Virus record (IMG/VR): IMGVR_UViG_3300044658_000058
Location: 89,293-153,292 of that record
Source: a virus
Reading direction: 5' to 3' (one strand)
Length of the DNA stretch: 64,000 nucleotides
Shown here: positions 1 through 10,799 of the stretch, one piece after another
How positions within the stretch are numbered: the first letter of the stretch is position 1
Layout of the letters: every line of letters starts with the position of its first letter
The notes under the pieces: generated by a model
Told to the model about the DNA's origin: nothing
The model's database searches: none
Seen by the model: only the letters and a program-made list of their open reading frames with translations
Made by a program: the position numbers and the translations under genes

Positions 1-3000
1 GAACGTGTAGGCCAAGCAGTCACGGTTACCGGTGGCCGAACCGTTGCCGCCACGGGAACCCGTATCTGTTGTCGAACGGTTTACGACCGGATTGACAATC
101 GTTGAATTACCCTGAACACCACCAGTCTGTGTAACGTCGTCTTGTGAAGTTACGACCACATTGGTTGAAAGGATAGTATCCTGCTTTTGCTGAATCAGAC
201 CGGAGGCAGTGAAATAGGCCAAAGCATATGTTGTCGAATCATCTTCGTTCGTCGGACTATCAGAAACACGAACTTTCTTTGTGCCTGTACGGAAACGCTT
301 TCCGGAATCAGGGAAGCGAAGTAATCCATAAGCCTTACCGTCTGAGCCGGAAACCCAATTCGAGCCTTCTGCACCAGTCGCCACATATGAGCTATTCGCT
401 GGCGTTGTATAGTCTGACATTAGTTCGTCATCGACATATACCCAAAGACGAGTGTTTGGCTTCACATCACGGGCTGACAAAAGAATCGTTTGTGGACGAA
501 TGTATGGGATAATCGAAACGTCAACCACCTTGTTTCCAAGATTTTCTGTTGTCGAGACAACGCTTGACGTTGTGGTCGTTCCTGTGCGAGTTTGAGAACC
601 GAACTGTTCAATTTTTGTGGATTGTCCAGTTCTATTGCTTGTAGTTTGCGCAGCCGACAAAGCCGCCGCTTCCGTGGTGTAAGTTCCAATCAGAGCGCCA
701 GTGCTGTTGTTGTATACTTTGTAACCGGTAATAGTTGTCTGCCACGAATCCCACGTGGTTTGCATAGGAGGAACATTAGTTGGTGTTGTTCCACCAACCA
801 TAGTATCCGGTAGCTGAACGGTATCGACCCAAACGTCCGAATCCGGAGTGAGTGTCAACAGACCAATGAAGCTATAAACCGCATTTGTCGAATTGCGAGT
901 TGTCGTTGCATATGGCTGTTGAATGAACGCTACTTCTGTGTATGGAAGTGTGATCAAATTATTTGATTGTTGAACGCCAGAACCGGAAATATATTGGTAT
1001 CCAACCGAGTCCATATCGAACTGTGGACGAATACTCTGTTCTTTCGGATCAACAACAATTGCGTAGTCTGGATTTGTGATAGCACCTTGTGAGTGATCAC
1101 GGAATGTATCGACAAAAATACCGTTCTTGAAGCGATCAAGACCGTTATCATCCAAGATAGACAAATCAGAAGCTTGTTTTTCCAGCAAGTTTAGCTGGTT
1201 ATAATATTCAAGATTAGAAATACGTTCATCTAGAACGCCGATATCACGCTTAGTATAGTTTCTAAACGCTGTCTTCTTGACCGTGCAAGCCAAATCTTGA
1301 CGATCCGACTCAATGGCGTAAGCTGGCGACAACGAAGGATATGGAGCGATGGTCAATGTGGCCAGAGCCATAGCGTTTGGAGGCGTAGCAGGCGTGATCG
1401 GAACGGTAGCAGGCTGACCTTCTACAATCGAGATGTTGCCCGACGAATCCATGATTACCAAGTCCTTTCGGGACATGTAATATGAATAGTCGTATGTTAC
1501 CTGACCGGAAGGCGAAGGAAGATGCAGGCCACCAGATGGCGACGTGAAGCTATTTGTCTTGGCCGGATTCGATGTTGCACCAGCAACCGTTGTCGAGCTA
1601 GTAGCAGTTGCCGCCTTCACTGGACGGAAATCGAGGCTATTGCGAAGATCGTAACGGATACCGCTTGTTGGTGACACATAGACCGGAATCTGTTGTGTCA
1701 AGATAGTGGTATCTGAAATCGTTGAATCATCTACAGGATATGAGTCTACAGAGAAGTATCCCAAGCCCTGTGTGAAGGAAGGTTCGAAGTGGTCAAGGCA
1801 TACCAAGAGATAATCACCCGAACCAATAGGTGAGATAGGAGTGATCGACGCATGATCATACATGTTGTCACGCTGGCCATTGTCGAAAATGAAATTGTCT
1901 GTTACATCAGTTCCATCGGTCGAAGCCGAGAAAGCAGAGCTTTTCAGGCGAACAGAACGAATTTTGTATACGTCTGCGATACCAAGGTTGAATGGGCCGG
2001 TTGTGCCAGATGTCGCACCATCGATCTTCACGTAACGTGATGGACGAAGCAACTTCGCTGTTTCACGGGCAGTTGTCTTAGTCAAACGCAATGTCGCTGT
2101 AGCGGCTGTTGTGCCGGAAAGCGTTTCCTTCATATCGAATGAGGCGCTTGTTGACGAATTGATAGTGATTGTTCTATCTGTTCCGGCGTCTGCCCCCTTG
2201 CCGGTGAAGTCTACAATATCACCGATTTTGTACTGTTTTGTAATGGTCTGACCGGTCACGGTTGGAACCGCAGCCGTCGTCTTCAACACAGTATCACTTA
2301 CGATTTGAGCGATATAGAACGTACCTGTAACGGTAGAAATAGAAATTTTATCACCGACATTCAAACGAGTGAAAAATGTCGATGTACCGTTTACAGTTGT
2401 ATTGGCATGAGTGGCAACTGTGCCCGGCAGTGTCTTGGTAGCAGCGGCGTCCAAAGAGATGATGATTTCTTCTTTGTCGTCATCAACCAAGCCGCCAATG
2501 CCATATGGGAAGATTTCATCAACCGCACCAGTATTGATGGTGAACGTACCGCCAGAGGCGATAGAAATTGGGAATGATTTGGTAAACGAATAAGAGGTAT
2601 CGACGTTACCGCCCGAATCTCTTACTGTTTTGACCGCACCAGCGCCTATGTCATAGATCGAAGCGTCCAGAGATGTTTCGAGAAGAACAGCCGTGTTTGA
2701 AATGGGATCAAGAACAACGTCGGCACCAAGGTCCGCAGTCGAAGCATTGTTTAGATACAAACTGCGAACAGAAGAGAATGCACCGTTCGACATTTGCACA
2801 TCAAACAAATAGATGTTATATTGAGCGGAAGGCGTTCCGGCAACACCAGAATGAAGTTCGATACCACGAATCTTTGCTTTGCCGATGGCAGCGCCAGTCT
2901 GTGCCGCAGAAGAGAAACCAAGACTTGTCAAGCGTGTCTGTGGAGTGTTGTATAGCCACACCACGGAAGCACTGTTCATGTCCCATGAGCCGCAAAGTTC

Positions 3001-4155
3001 CTGAACACGCAAATAGTTACCCATGCGAGTACGTGATACTTGGTTGCTGATATTCTGCGCATCGATAGCCTTGCGAACATCAGTGTACTTTGTCACCAAA
3101 GTTTCAATGTCATAACCCTTGACATACGCCAATCCGGGCTCTACACCGGCAACCAACAAAGAAGTGTTACCAGTTGTCGTGTATAGACCCTGATTTGTTC
3201 CGTTGTCCTTATGTTCACGGATACGAACGTTCAAACCGGTTGCATAGAAGTCACCGCAATCAGCGGCGGTTCTTCTAGCCAATTCATCACGTATGGCCGA
3301 ATATTGAGTTCTTTCGTATGTGACTTCCAAAATACCGTCACGAATACGGAACAATTCCACAAAGTTTGGTGGACCAGAGATATCGTCTAGATCGGTCTTG
3401 GCCAAAACGGCTTCAAGTTTGAAACGGTCGGCACCGGGAGCCGCATAGTTGTATGCGCCGAGCGCCGGATCATTCAGAGAAGGATCATCGACTGCCGTTA
3501 CGATGGATTCTAGAACATTGAAACCGATACGGGCGGAAGGTGTTTCCGAATATCTGTCGAGGATGATGGTCTGCTTTACGAATGTAACGAAGTGATCTTT
3601 CGAGAATACAATGCCATCGTCGATGGTAAAGGTCGAACCCTTACCGGTAGCGTCTGTTGCAAATACAACAGCATTACCAGATGTTGACGTTAGAATTTCG
3701 CCATCGGCAAAAACTTTCGTAACATTATCTGTACCAGATGAAAGATAGCGAACAAAGAGAGTTTTCTTGTCTGTAGCGGCCTGTGCACCATCGGCTACAG
3801 ACACAACATAAGCCTTGACACCGGTAGTCGCACCTGTCATTGTAGCACCGACAAGATTGTCAACGATCACGGCACCGCCACCTGATGTGGTATCGTTGAT
3901 TTTCACATAATCAATGTCAGTGTCGATGTGGAACTGTCCACCAGCTACCAATGAACCTTCTTTGAAGATATGTTCCGCAAATCTATCGATCTGCTTTTGT
4001 AGCATTGTTTGTAGCTGCGTTAGTTCACGGGCCTGAACAGCAATCGATGGCTTGAAAACAATACGATAAAAACCCTTGGTTTGATCGTAGTCGTCGTACC
4101 AAGGGTTTACGTTAAAGTCAGTATTGTAGGAAAAGCTGATAGTATTTGAAGCCAT
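1..4155 (-). CDS. VrlC/DUF4815-like large virion structural protein, 3' end outside window
   Basis: Absent from the ORF track because it has no stop in the window. ATG at 4155 gives MASNTISFSYNTDFNVNPWYDDYDQTKGFYRIVFKPSIAVQARELTQLQ, the typical N-terminus of this family. The same frame reads DCLAYTF at the window edge. Late promoter at 4186-4193. Confidence 0.85.
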   Translation of the reverse strand, partial: MASNTISFSYNTDFNVNPWYDDYDQTKGFYRIVFKPSIAVQARELTQLQTMLQKQIDRFAEHIFKEGSLVAGGQFHIDTDIDYVKINDTTSGGGAVIVDNLVGATMTGATTGVKAYVVSVADGAQAATDKKTLFVRYLSSGTDNVTKVFADGEILTSTSGNAVVFATDATGKGSTFTIDDGIVFSKDHFVTFVKQTIILDRYSETPSARIGFNVLESIVTAVDDPSLNDPALGAYNYAAPGADRFKLEAVLAKTDLDDISGPPNFVELFRIRDGILEVTYERTQYSAIRDELARRTAADCGDFYATGLNVRIREHKDNGTNQGLYTTTGNTSLLVAGVEPGLAYVKGYDIETLVTKYTDVRKAIDAQNISNQVSRTRMGNYLRVQELCGSWDMNSASVVWLYNTPQTRLTSLGFSSAAQTGAAIGKAKIRGIELHSGVAGTPSAQYNIYLFDVQMSNGAFSSVRSLYLNNASTADLGADVVLDPISNTAVLLETSLDASIYDIGAGAVKTVRDSGGNVDTSYSFTKSFPISIASGGTFTINTGAVDEIFPYGIGGLVDDDKEEIIISLDAAATKTLPGTVATHANTTVNGTSTFFTRLNVGDKISISTVTGTFYIAQIVSDTVLKTTAAVPTVTGQTITKQYKIGDIVDFTGKGADAGTDRTITINSSTSASFDMKETLSGTTAATATLRLTKTTARETAKLLRPSRYVKIDGATSGTTGPFNLGIADVYKIRSVRLKSSAFSASTDGTDVTDNFIFDNGQRDNMYDHASITPISPIGSGDYLLVCLDHFEPSFTQGLGYFSVDSYPVDDSTISDTTILTQQIPVYVSPTSGIRYDLRNSLDFRPVKAATATSSTTVAGATSNPAKTNSFTSPSGGLHLPSPSGQVTYDYSYYMSRKDLVIMDSSGNISIVEGQPATVPITPATPPNAMALATLTIAPYPSLSPAYAIESDRQDLACTVKKTAFRNYTKRDIGVLDERISNLEYYNQLNLLEKQASDLSILDDNGLDRFKNGIFVDTFRDHSQGAITNPDYAIVVDPKEQSIRPQFDMDSVGYQYISGSGVQQSNNLITLPYTEVAFIQQPYATTTRNSTNAVYSFIGLLTLTPDSDVWVDTVQLPDTMVGGTTPTNVPPMQTTWDSWQTTITGYKVYNNSTGALIGTYTTEAAALSAAQTTSNRTGQSTKIEQFGSQTRTGTTTTSSVVSTTENLGNKVVDVSIIPYIRPQTILLSARDVKPNTRLWVYVDDELMSDYTTPANSSYVATGAEGSNWVSGSDGKAYGLLRFPDSGKRFRTGTKKVRVSDSPTNEDDSTTYALAYFTASGLIQQKQDTILSTNVVVTSQDDVTQTGGVQGNSTIVNPVVNRSTTDTGSRGGNGSATGNRDCLAYTF

Positions 4156-4185
4156 CTTTGTCTTTAATTATGAGGAAATATCAAT

Positions 4186-4193
4186 TATTTATA
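4186..4193 (-). promoter_or_regulatory. T4-type late promoter TATAAATA
   Basis: Exact TATAAATA on the minus strand about 30 nt upstream of the VrlC-like ATG. Confidence 0.75.
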
Positions 4194-4200
4194 AGAGATA

Positions 4201-5709
4201 TTATAGATTGATTACGAGACGGAAGTTTTCTTCCTGATTCACCGAACGAACAATTGGCGATCTATTTTCGACATACAAAAGAGAGCCGGAATATTTCTTT
4301 AGCGGTGATGTCACGATAGAAGCTATTGTAGCTGTTGCCGCAGATGTTCCGCCTGTGATTGTTTCCGAAGTCGAGAATGAACCAACGACATTTGTTACGA
4401 TAATTGAAGAACTATTCGCATTTTCAACATACACGCCTGTCGCACCAGATGTTCCGCCTGTGATCGTTTCGTCGGGAAGGAACGTTCCGGATTGAGAAGT
4501 CAGGTTGAGTTTTGGAGCGACAAGATATGATGTGTCCGTGGCGATAGCGTTGTTCGCCAACAATGGGTTGGCCAAAACACCGATGATACGGAAATCGTTG
4601 TTTGAGAAAAACTTACCAGCTTCGTCACCAGAAAATTGAACGAACATCATCACATTATAGCCGTTCAATTCATAGACTGCATTAGAACCGTGTCCACCGT
4701 TTGGTGACAATTGCGCCACTACGGAAGCGCCAGAGCCCGTGTTGGCTGTAACCGCCAATGTTGCTCGTCTGTATCCCGAGCCTTCGTTAACAACTTCGAC
4801 GGTCGAAATTGAGCCATTCGAAACGGTCGAATAGGCAGAGAAACCAGTGCCATCACCAGATGTGACAGAGATGGTAGGCGATACCAGATATGCCGAACCG
4901 CCGTTTGGAGCGATAGAGAATGCAGGGGAAACGGTTGCGATCTTCGAAGCACCAGAATAGTTGGTGATCACACGCTTCTGACCAGCGCCCGTGCCGGACG
5001 TGATATAAATTGATGAACCCACATAGATGCCACCGGTTGAGTTAGCGGTAGGAGCGAGTGTAACTTTTGTGGTGTTAGCCGTCGTAACCGTGCCAGAATT
5101 CGTCTTGTAGTTGGCACCACCAGCCGCCACACGCACTGTCGAAATTGAACCATCAACGGCGGCGGCTTGAACGTCCCATTGGAAAGAACCATCATCGGAA
5201 GTCAATTTCTTCAATGGGACAAAGGTCGTTGTCACATATTTGACGGCATCCGGAGCGGAAACTTCGCCCATGAATTTCCATTTATAACCATCGCCAGTCG
5301 AGAAAACCGAAGTCAGACGGCCAGATGGCTTGACAGTAGATGGAGCGCCTTTGTTGTTGTACATGCACTTGTAAAGATTATATTCATCGGTTAGAACGAA
5401 GAATTGACTATCTTGAAATGCTGTATCGGTGTTATATTCAGTATAAACTTGCCCGCTTGTCCAATTATAACGTGGTCCCGCAAAAGTTACATCACCAGAA
5501 GCTACCTTCTTTGTCGAAATAATGTTATCCCAAATCTGGTATTCGGATGCATTCACCGAATCTACTGGTGCGGGAGGATTGTTGTCGTCAGTCCAAGGTT
5601 TTGGACGGCCAATAAACACATAGAGATTTTCTGACCCTACTTCATCGAACAGTTCTTTGAATTGTTCGGCTGCAAAAAGTCGAAATCTCTTGGTAATAGT
5701 TCCTGTCAT
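4201..5709 (-). CDS. gp8: baseplate wedge subunit gp8-like
   Basis: N-terminal ITKRFR..AAEQF..LYVFIGRPKPW, YKCMYN and DGYKWKFM motifs; C-terminal YVENRSPI.R...QEENFRLVI; synteny gp6-gp7-gp8. Confidence 0.85.
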   Translation of the reverse strand: MTGTITKRFRLFAAEQFKELFDEVGSENLYVFIGRPKPWTDDNNPPAPVDSVNASEYQIWDNIISTKKVASGDVTFAGPRYNWTSGQVYTEYNTDTAFQDSQFFVLTDEYNLYKCMYNNKGAPSTVKPSGRLTSVFSTGDGYKWKFMGEVSAPDAVKYVTTTFVPLKKLTSDDGSFQWDVQAAAVDGSISTVRVAAGGANYKTNSGTVTTANTTKVTLAPTANSTGGIYVGSSIYITSGTGAGQKRVITNYSGASKIATVSPAFSIAPNGGSAYLVSPTISVTSGDGTGFSAYSTVSNGSISTVEVVNEGSGYRRATLAVTANTGSGASVVAQLSPNGGHGSNAVYELNGYNVMMFVQFSGDEAGKFFSNNDFRIIGVLANPLLANNAIATDTSYLVAPKLNLTSQSGTFLPDETITGGTSGATGVYVENANSSSIIVTNVVGSFSTSETITGGTSAATATIASIVTSPLKKYSGSLLYVENRSPIVRSVNQEENFRLVINL

Positions 5710-5733
5710 TGTTTATCCTGAAAATGTTTCTTA

Positions 5734-5741
5734 TATTTATA
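5734..5741 (-). promoter_or_regulatory. T4-type late promoter TATAAATA
   Basis: Exact motif upstream of the gp8 start. Confidence 0.7.
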
Positions 5742-5758
5742 CTGTTTATTGGATTGAA

Positions 5759-8236
5759 TTATCCGATTCCGGGCAACTGGAAGCCTCGGAAATCACACAC
5801 AAAAAGGCTAACTGGACGTGACGGATTACCAGCACCACGCCATGTCGAAGCAAAGACCAGACGTTTACCGGTTGGCGACAGAGAACCATGCGGTTCGTTG
5901 TCATAGTCGGCGTTAACGCCACGCTGATTATGGCATAGGCGTCCCTTAGCAGAACCATCCTTGGCAATAATGATTTCTTCACCCACGTATGGGTCGCCAG
6001 AGTCATCAAAATAATCGTTGGCAATCCAAGCTCCGCCACGATAGTTCGTAGCGCTTGTGTGATAGCCATAAGGAATGGAGTTGATCGTCACCTGTGAACC
6101 ATCAGAAAGCTTACGTTTGATGATAACACCACCGGACATAGCACCATAAGCGTATTCTGTAGTTCCTTCCACACCCAAGCTATGGTGACGTGGTTGTCCA
6201 ACTTCTGACCAAGTGTTGATAATATTTGTGCCAGTGATATCGAGAACAACAGCCGTTTCATCGTCAAAATAAACAAGCATATAGTTTTTGAGAGGCGAGA
6301 TAGAAACCTGTCCAAGGTCCATTGTTTTTGTCGGCCAACGTGCTGCAACATCATTCACAGTTCCCATAGTGTCTGTTGAAATTGTGTATGGGAAGAATAT
6401 GTTGGCGCTGTCCGAAACTCTTTGGCCCTTAATCGGGAAGATATCGTTATCGTATGATTGTTCACCTTTAAGAGAACCGATATAGAGATTTTTGTACGTT
6501 CCTGCCCATGAGCGAATTAACGTGCTAACGTTTGTTCGTGGATAGTAGTAGTACAAGCTGTTATTTGTTACATAAACCATTCTATCGGGATCGTTTCTGT
6601 CCCAACGACCTTCAACCCAACCGGAAGGTCTTGGATGAACGTATGCAACTTCGTACGTTTCGCCATCCAAGAAAATAACGTCACTTTGACCGGTAGCCGG
6701 ACCACCAGAGTTCGTTTCAATGAACATGAGACTTTCGTCGGCGTTCCAAACTGGAAACTTCATGTATTGATGATGGACGATATCACCCCATACAGAGCCG
6801 CTTGAACCTGTTAGATAAGTGCCCGGATCACCAGAGATACGAGTGATTGTTGTTCCGAATGTCGGATCGATATAAGGATCAAGGTAATCTGGTTTTGGAT
6901 TGTCCGTAGGTGGCGGCAATGATGCCGTGTTGGTTATCAGATTTTGTAATGGTTCCTCGGAGATTTGGTAATGTAAATCGTTCGCTGCACCAAATTGATA
7001 TGGCTGCGAAAGCACCAAAACAGTATTATTCACAACCTTTTGCGCAAAATGATATGTGTTTGCGGAATTGTTTACGTCCAAGATTTTGATTGCTGTCCAG
7101 TCTTCCATATCAAATGTAGAAGCATTCGAGAGGAATACTGTGTAATCTTCGAAGGTAGAAAAAGCGGGCATATTTCCAAATGTTTGGAAAGCCGGTTGAC
7201 TTCCCCAAAATCCTATCGAATTTTGCTTTTCAACACTCTGGGTGCCAGATTGCGTAACCCACGTGCGAGGCTCAACATCATCGGTAATGTTGAGATGTGT
7301 TCTTTCATTAAGCAACAATTCGTAAGAAATTGTGATCTTTGCGACATCACCGACGTTATCAAGATTTGATAGAAGCGAAAGATTGATGGAAGAAAGATCG
7401 GCAGTCGCAAGCATATCGACGGCACCGAAGAGCTTCGTACCAGCCGGGTGAACCAATTGCGTGGCTACGGATTCATATTCGGACAATGCATGAGAAGAAC
7501 GAATTTGGTACGAATATTCTTGGTAGAAAAAGTTATCTTGAAGATATTTGTTAGAAGATAAGAAACCGTCAGTTCCGATCCAACCACCGGGATACGTGAC
7601 AAGCTCTGTAACAAACCCAATTTGTTCGCCTGTATTGTCATTAACAATACTTTCGTTTACTTCAAAAGTTCCAAAAATATTGTTGATGTAAAGTTCATTT
7701 GTTTGGACTTCATTCACAACATATGAAATAAATTTATCTTTTCTTGCTGTCGCATTGGATGAAGTGCCACGAATGACCACAATATCTTCCATTTTATCTA
7801 AGCTTGTGGTCAGTTTCAATTTCAGAGAACGCTCTATAACCCACTTACCATCCGAAGCTCTAAGAATGTCTTTGCCCGGATAGTAATAAGAAACTGTTTC
7901 GTCGCCATACAGAATGCGGAAAAGCATATTGTAAGCTTTTTCCGTGCCACGGGCACGATAGAAGTCTACAATATTTTTAATAAGCAAACGATCATCGACC
8001 AGCGTGACCGGTATGGACTTCATGAATTCATTGCGCATGAATTGGAAGTATTTTTCCGGAATCAAATCGGCGTCTTTGTAGTCTGCTAATTTGCGAGAGA
8101 CTTGTACAGGATTTTCAAATTGTTCAAGCCACTGATAGTAACATTTAATGAAGTTAACCAATTCTTCGCCATCCCGATTCCAGAAATCGGGCACTTGTGA
8201 TTTAACAAAGATGGAGATAGAATTGGACTGTGCCAT
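5759..8236 (-). CDS. gp7: baseplate wedge initiator gp7-like with C-terminal beta-propeller-like extension
   Basis: FYRARGTEKAY..LFRILY, YYPG..IL.ASDGKW, LQDNFFYQEYSYQI and LVHPAGTKLFG motifs; lies between gp6 and gp8. Confidence 0.75.
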   Translation of the reverse strand: MAQSNSISIFVKSQVPDFWNRDGEELVNFIKCYYQWLEQFENPVQVSRKLADYKDADLIPEKYFQFMRNEFMKSIPVTLVDDRLLIKNIVDFYRARGTEKAYNMLFRILYGDETVSYYYPGKDILRASDGKWVIERSLKLKLTTSLDKMEDIVVIRGTSSNATARKDKFISYVVNEVQTNELYINNIFGTFEVNESIVNDNTGEQIGFVTELVTYPGGWIGTDGFLSSNKYLQDNFFYQEYSYQIRSSHALSEYESVATQLVHPAGTKLFGAVDMLATADLSSINLSLLSNLDNVGDVAKITISYELLLNERTHLNITDDVEPRTWVTQSGTQSVEKQNSIGFWGSQPAFQTFGNMPAFSTFEDYTVFLSNASTFDMEDWTAIKILDVNNSANTYHFAQKVVNNTVLVLSQPYQFGAANDLHYQISEEPLQNLITNTASLPPPTDNPKPDYLDPYIDPTFGTTITRISGDPGTYLTGSSGSVWGDIVHHQYMKFPVWNADESLMFIETNSGGPATGQSDVIFLDGETYEVAYVHPRPSGWVEGRWDRNDPDRMVYVTNNSLYYYYPRTNVSTLIRSWAGTYKNLYIGSLKGEQSYDNDIFPIKGQRVSDSANIFFPYTISTDTMGTVNDVAARWPTKTMDLGQVSISPLKNYMLVYFDDETAVVLDITGTNIINTWSEVGQPRHHSLGVEGTTEYAYGAMSGGVIIKRKLSDGSQVTINSIPYGYHTSATNYRGGAWIANDYFDDSGDPYVGEEIIIAKDGSAKGRLCHNQRGVNADYDNEPHGSLSPTGKRLVFASTWRGAGNPSRPVSLFVCDFRGFQLPGIG

Positions 8237-10110
8237 TAAAGAGTTACCGTGTTCGAAATACCGTCAACATCGATTAGAGTTTCGTTGCCGATCACTTGCA
8301 CAATGTCGGTAAAGATCAATTTGTTCTGTGTAACATCGAACATGTTGAATGTAGGATGGGACAACAGAATGATTTGATTGTTCTGTGAGTATATATCTGT
8401 AGAATTCGGTTGTGCCGAAATAACCACTTCATCATCATAATCTGTGAAGATGAAGGATTTCATGCTCAATGTGCCGTTCAGATAATCGACGGTTCCAACG
8501 TTGCTATCGTAATAGTTCTTTGTGGAACCTACCATATAATAGAGGCGTAGGACGCCGTTTCCGTCGTCATCGAGATACATGGTTTGGTCAGAACCGGCGA
8601 TTTCAAAACCATTCGAAGAGATGCACCCTTGGTATCCGGCGAAAGGACAATATAGCCTGTTTTGAAAGTCCACATTGTAATTGAATTTAGAGTTGATGAC
8701 CGGTGCAAAACGTTTTTCAATGGTGATAGAGACTTGGTTAGATTCAATTGCGTTATCCGAATTGTCGATCATTGTTGCGAATTTAGACTGACGGAATCTA
8801 TTGCCGAAAACGCCAAGTTCTGTTGTTTCAAAGTTCTGAACATTTGTTGCGATCTTCGAAAAGAGTTCATCGACTGATAGAAGCGATGTGGTGGAATTGT
8901 AGTTTACCTGAACCACTGGCTTGACAAACAGGAACACGGGGTCGATAATAGCGGGATCAATCGACATTGGATTGAATTTTTTAATGTCGTTGATGATTTC
9001 CGATTTTCTGTTCTGTGTGATGACGAAGCCGGTCACTGGCTTCACGGCGATGATCGATTTTCCATACAATGGAGGATTATGTGTTTCGCCACCCCAAACG
9101 TTCACGGCTTCAATATCCGAATAATTTGAAAGGATGAAATTTTTATAGTCAGCCGCAGTGATCAATCGATTCTGAATTTCGAAGTTTCGAGGTGCATTGA
9201 ACTTGATCGAATCGATGGTTTCTTCGTCCTGTCCCTCACGGGCACGAAGATTAACATTCACAATGTTGCAAATGTACTTTACGGTTGGGCTGTCCTTGTT
9301 GTATCCTGTGTAGCCAATTTTGGAGAATGCATAGGCGTTGTTTGGGGCTTCACCATTGCAAGCACGGAAAGTGATCGTTACAATGTTATTCAGATCAAGA
9401 GCCTTGCCTAGAACACCGTCACCGAAGTAAATTTCATAGAAACCATTTGAATTCTTTTGCAAATAATAGACGGTTGAAGTTGCTGAAACTTCCGTAGCAT
9501 CCTTCACCAAGGTATATGTTGTCTTGGTTGTCGATGTTGAAGAAGCCTGAACTTCCACCTTCATGGTAGAAGTGTCCACACCGGCAACCGGAATTTCATA
9601 TAGCTTGCGAGAGGCGTTTACCGTGTATTTGTTCGAAAGAACAATGCCTTCATAGATATCAATGTTTTTTTGATAGACGCCACCATTTGATTGAACAGAA
9701 TAATCAGCAAGGGTTGAAAAGTAATAAATTACGCCATCAATAGTTGTAGAAAATTTTGTGTAGGCTGGAATGATGATTTCGGACGGAGAATCGTTTGGAC
9801 TAAAAGAAATAGCCAATTGTGCCGTTGCTGAACGGGCTGAACGTGGTGTGTAATTCAACATTTTTGAAATGGAGTAAACTGACTCCTTCATAATGGCAGA
9901 ATCGAGGAAGGTTTCGTTCGCCACCATATTCAAATAGAAAGAATTATAGTATGTATTGTATGCAAGCACGTCTAGCAATGTAGACATGGTTGAGCCTTCG
10001 AAGTCAAAGTCGGTAAATTCGGGTTTGGCTCTCAAAAAGTTTTTGAGATTATTCTTGATTTCAAAGAAACCAAGTTCAGAGACTTGAAGGTTTGTATTTG
10101 CTAATGCCAT
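8236..10110 (-). CDS. gp6: baseplate wedge subunit gp6
   Basis: FTDFDFEGS...LLDVLAYNTYYNSFYLNM..NETFLDSA and IKFNAPR....QNRLITAADY motifs. Confidence 0.92.
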   Translation of the reverse strand: MALANTNLQVSELGFFEIKNNLKNFLRAKPEFTDFDFEGSTMSTLLDVLAYNTYYNSFYLNMVANETFLDSAIMKESVYSISKMLNYTPRSARSATAQLAISFSPNDSPSEIIIPAYTKFSTTIDGVIYYFSTLADYSVQSNGGVYQKNIDIYEGIVLSNKYTVNASRKLYEIPVAGVDTSTMKVEVQASSTSTTKTTYTLVKDATEVSATSTVYYLQKNSNGFYEIYFGDGVLGKALDLNNIVTITFRACNGEAPNNAYAFSKIGYTGYNKDSPTVKYICNIVNVNLRAREGQDEETIDSIKFNAPRNFEIQNRLITAADYKNFILSNYSDIEAVNVWGGETHNPPLYGKSIIAVKPVTGFVITQNRKSEIINDIKKFNPMSIDPAIIDPVFLFVKPVVQVNYNSTTSLLSVDELFSKIATNVQNFETTELGVFGNRFRQSKFATMIDNSDNAIESNQVSITIEKRFAPVINSKFNYNVDFQNRLYCPFAGYQGCISSNGFEIAGSDQTMYLDDDGNGVLRLYYMVGSTKNYYDSNVGTVDYLNGTLSMKSFIFTDYDDEVVISAQPNSTDIYSQNNQIILLSHPTFNMFDVTQNKLIFTDIVQVIGNETLIDVDGISNTVTL

Positions 10111-10115
10111 TTATA

Positions 10116-10517
10116 TTAACGTGTTCTCTCTAGAAATAGGGAAATCTCAACCGGATGTTGAAAACTTAATGGTTTAATTGTCACTGTGACTTCGAAAGAA
10201 TTAGCGTCAAGATTGTCCGTCAATGTGATTGAGAGCAATTCTGCACGTTCCGCATAATTCGCAATCACATCAGATATGGCCGTTTTGACTGTCTGAATTG
10301 TTACAGGATCAAAATCTTCGAAAAGGGCTTCGTTTAGGCCACCATAGACTTGTGGACGAAACAAAGTTTCATAATGGTTTGTAAAAATCAGATTTTTGAC
10401 TTGCTGCTTGACCGCATTTTCATTACGAACAACGCTTACCGCTCCGGTTTCCGGATGGGGCACAAATTTCAGAGACAAATCCCTATAAACATCTTTTTTC
10501 GTAAGCTTTGTAACCAT
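10116..10517 (-). CDS. gp25: baseplate wedge/sheath initiator gp25
   Basis: YRDLSLKF..HP, NE.AVKQQVKNL..TN.YE..F.P, C-terminal LERTR. Confidence 0.9.
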   Translation of the reverse strand: MVTKLTKKDVYRDLSLKFVPHPETGAVSVVRNENAVKQQVKNLIFTNHYETLFRPQVYGGLNEALFEDFDPVTIQTVKTAISDVIANYAERAELLSITLTDNLDANSFEVTVTIKPLSFQHPVEISLFLERTR

Positions 10518-10799
10518 TTAAGCCCCTATTGTTATTTGGGTTTGCGACGATACCACTGTTGATGCTCCACAATATCGAGAGTCGCCATGTCGATGAATTG
10601 CCTTTCCGGCAACCGTCCACTTTCCGGAGCCGCTAGAGGAATTTGTAGTGCCGCTCGGATGAAACAAATTATCCGATGAAGCTACAGTATCCACCGTCGT
10701 TACCAGCTTTCCGCCGACTGTCCATTTTGTTTGTGGAGGAGTCTGCAATGCTCCACCACCATGCGAATTAAGATCGCCAATCAAAGCTAAAAGCGGAAT
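10518..10799 (-). CDS. PAAR-like spike tip protein (gp5.4-like), probable ATT start
   Basis: GD..SHGGG, V.GK..HR.GD...CGA motifs. GGAG lies 7 nt before an in-frame ATT at 10799, giving MPLLALIGD; the track start is TTG at 10784. Confidence 0.75.
   Translation of the reverse strand: MPLLALIGDLNSHGGGALQTPPQTKWTVGGKLVTTVDTVASSDNLFHPSGTTNSSSGSGKWTVAGKAIHRHGDSRYCGASTVVSSQTQITIGA

Noticed and set aside
195-3050. Short track ORFs in the first 4 kb
   Set aside because: Shadows of the long minus-strand VrlC-like frame
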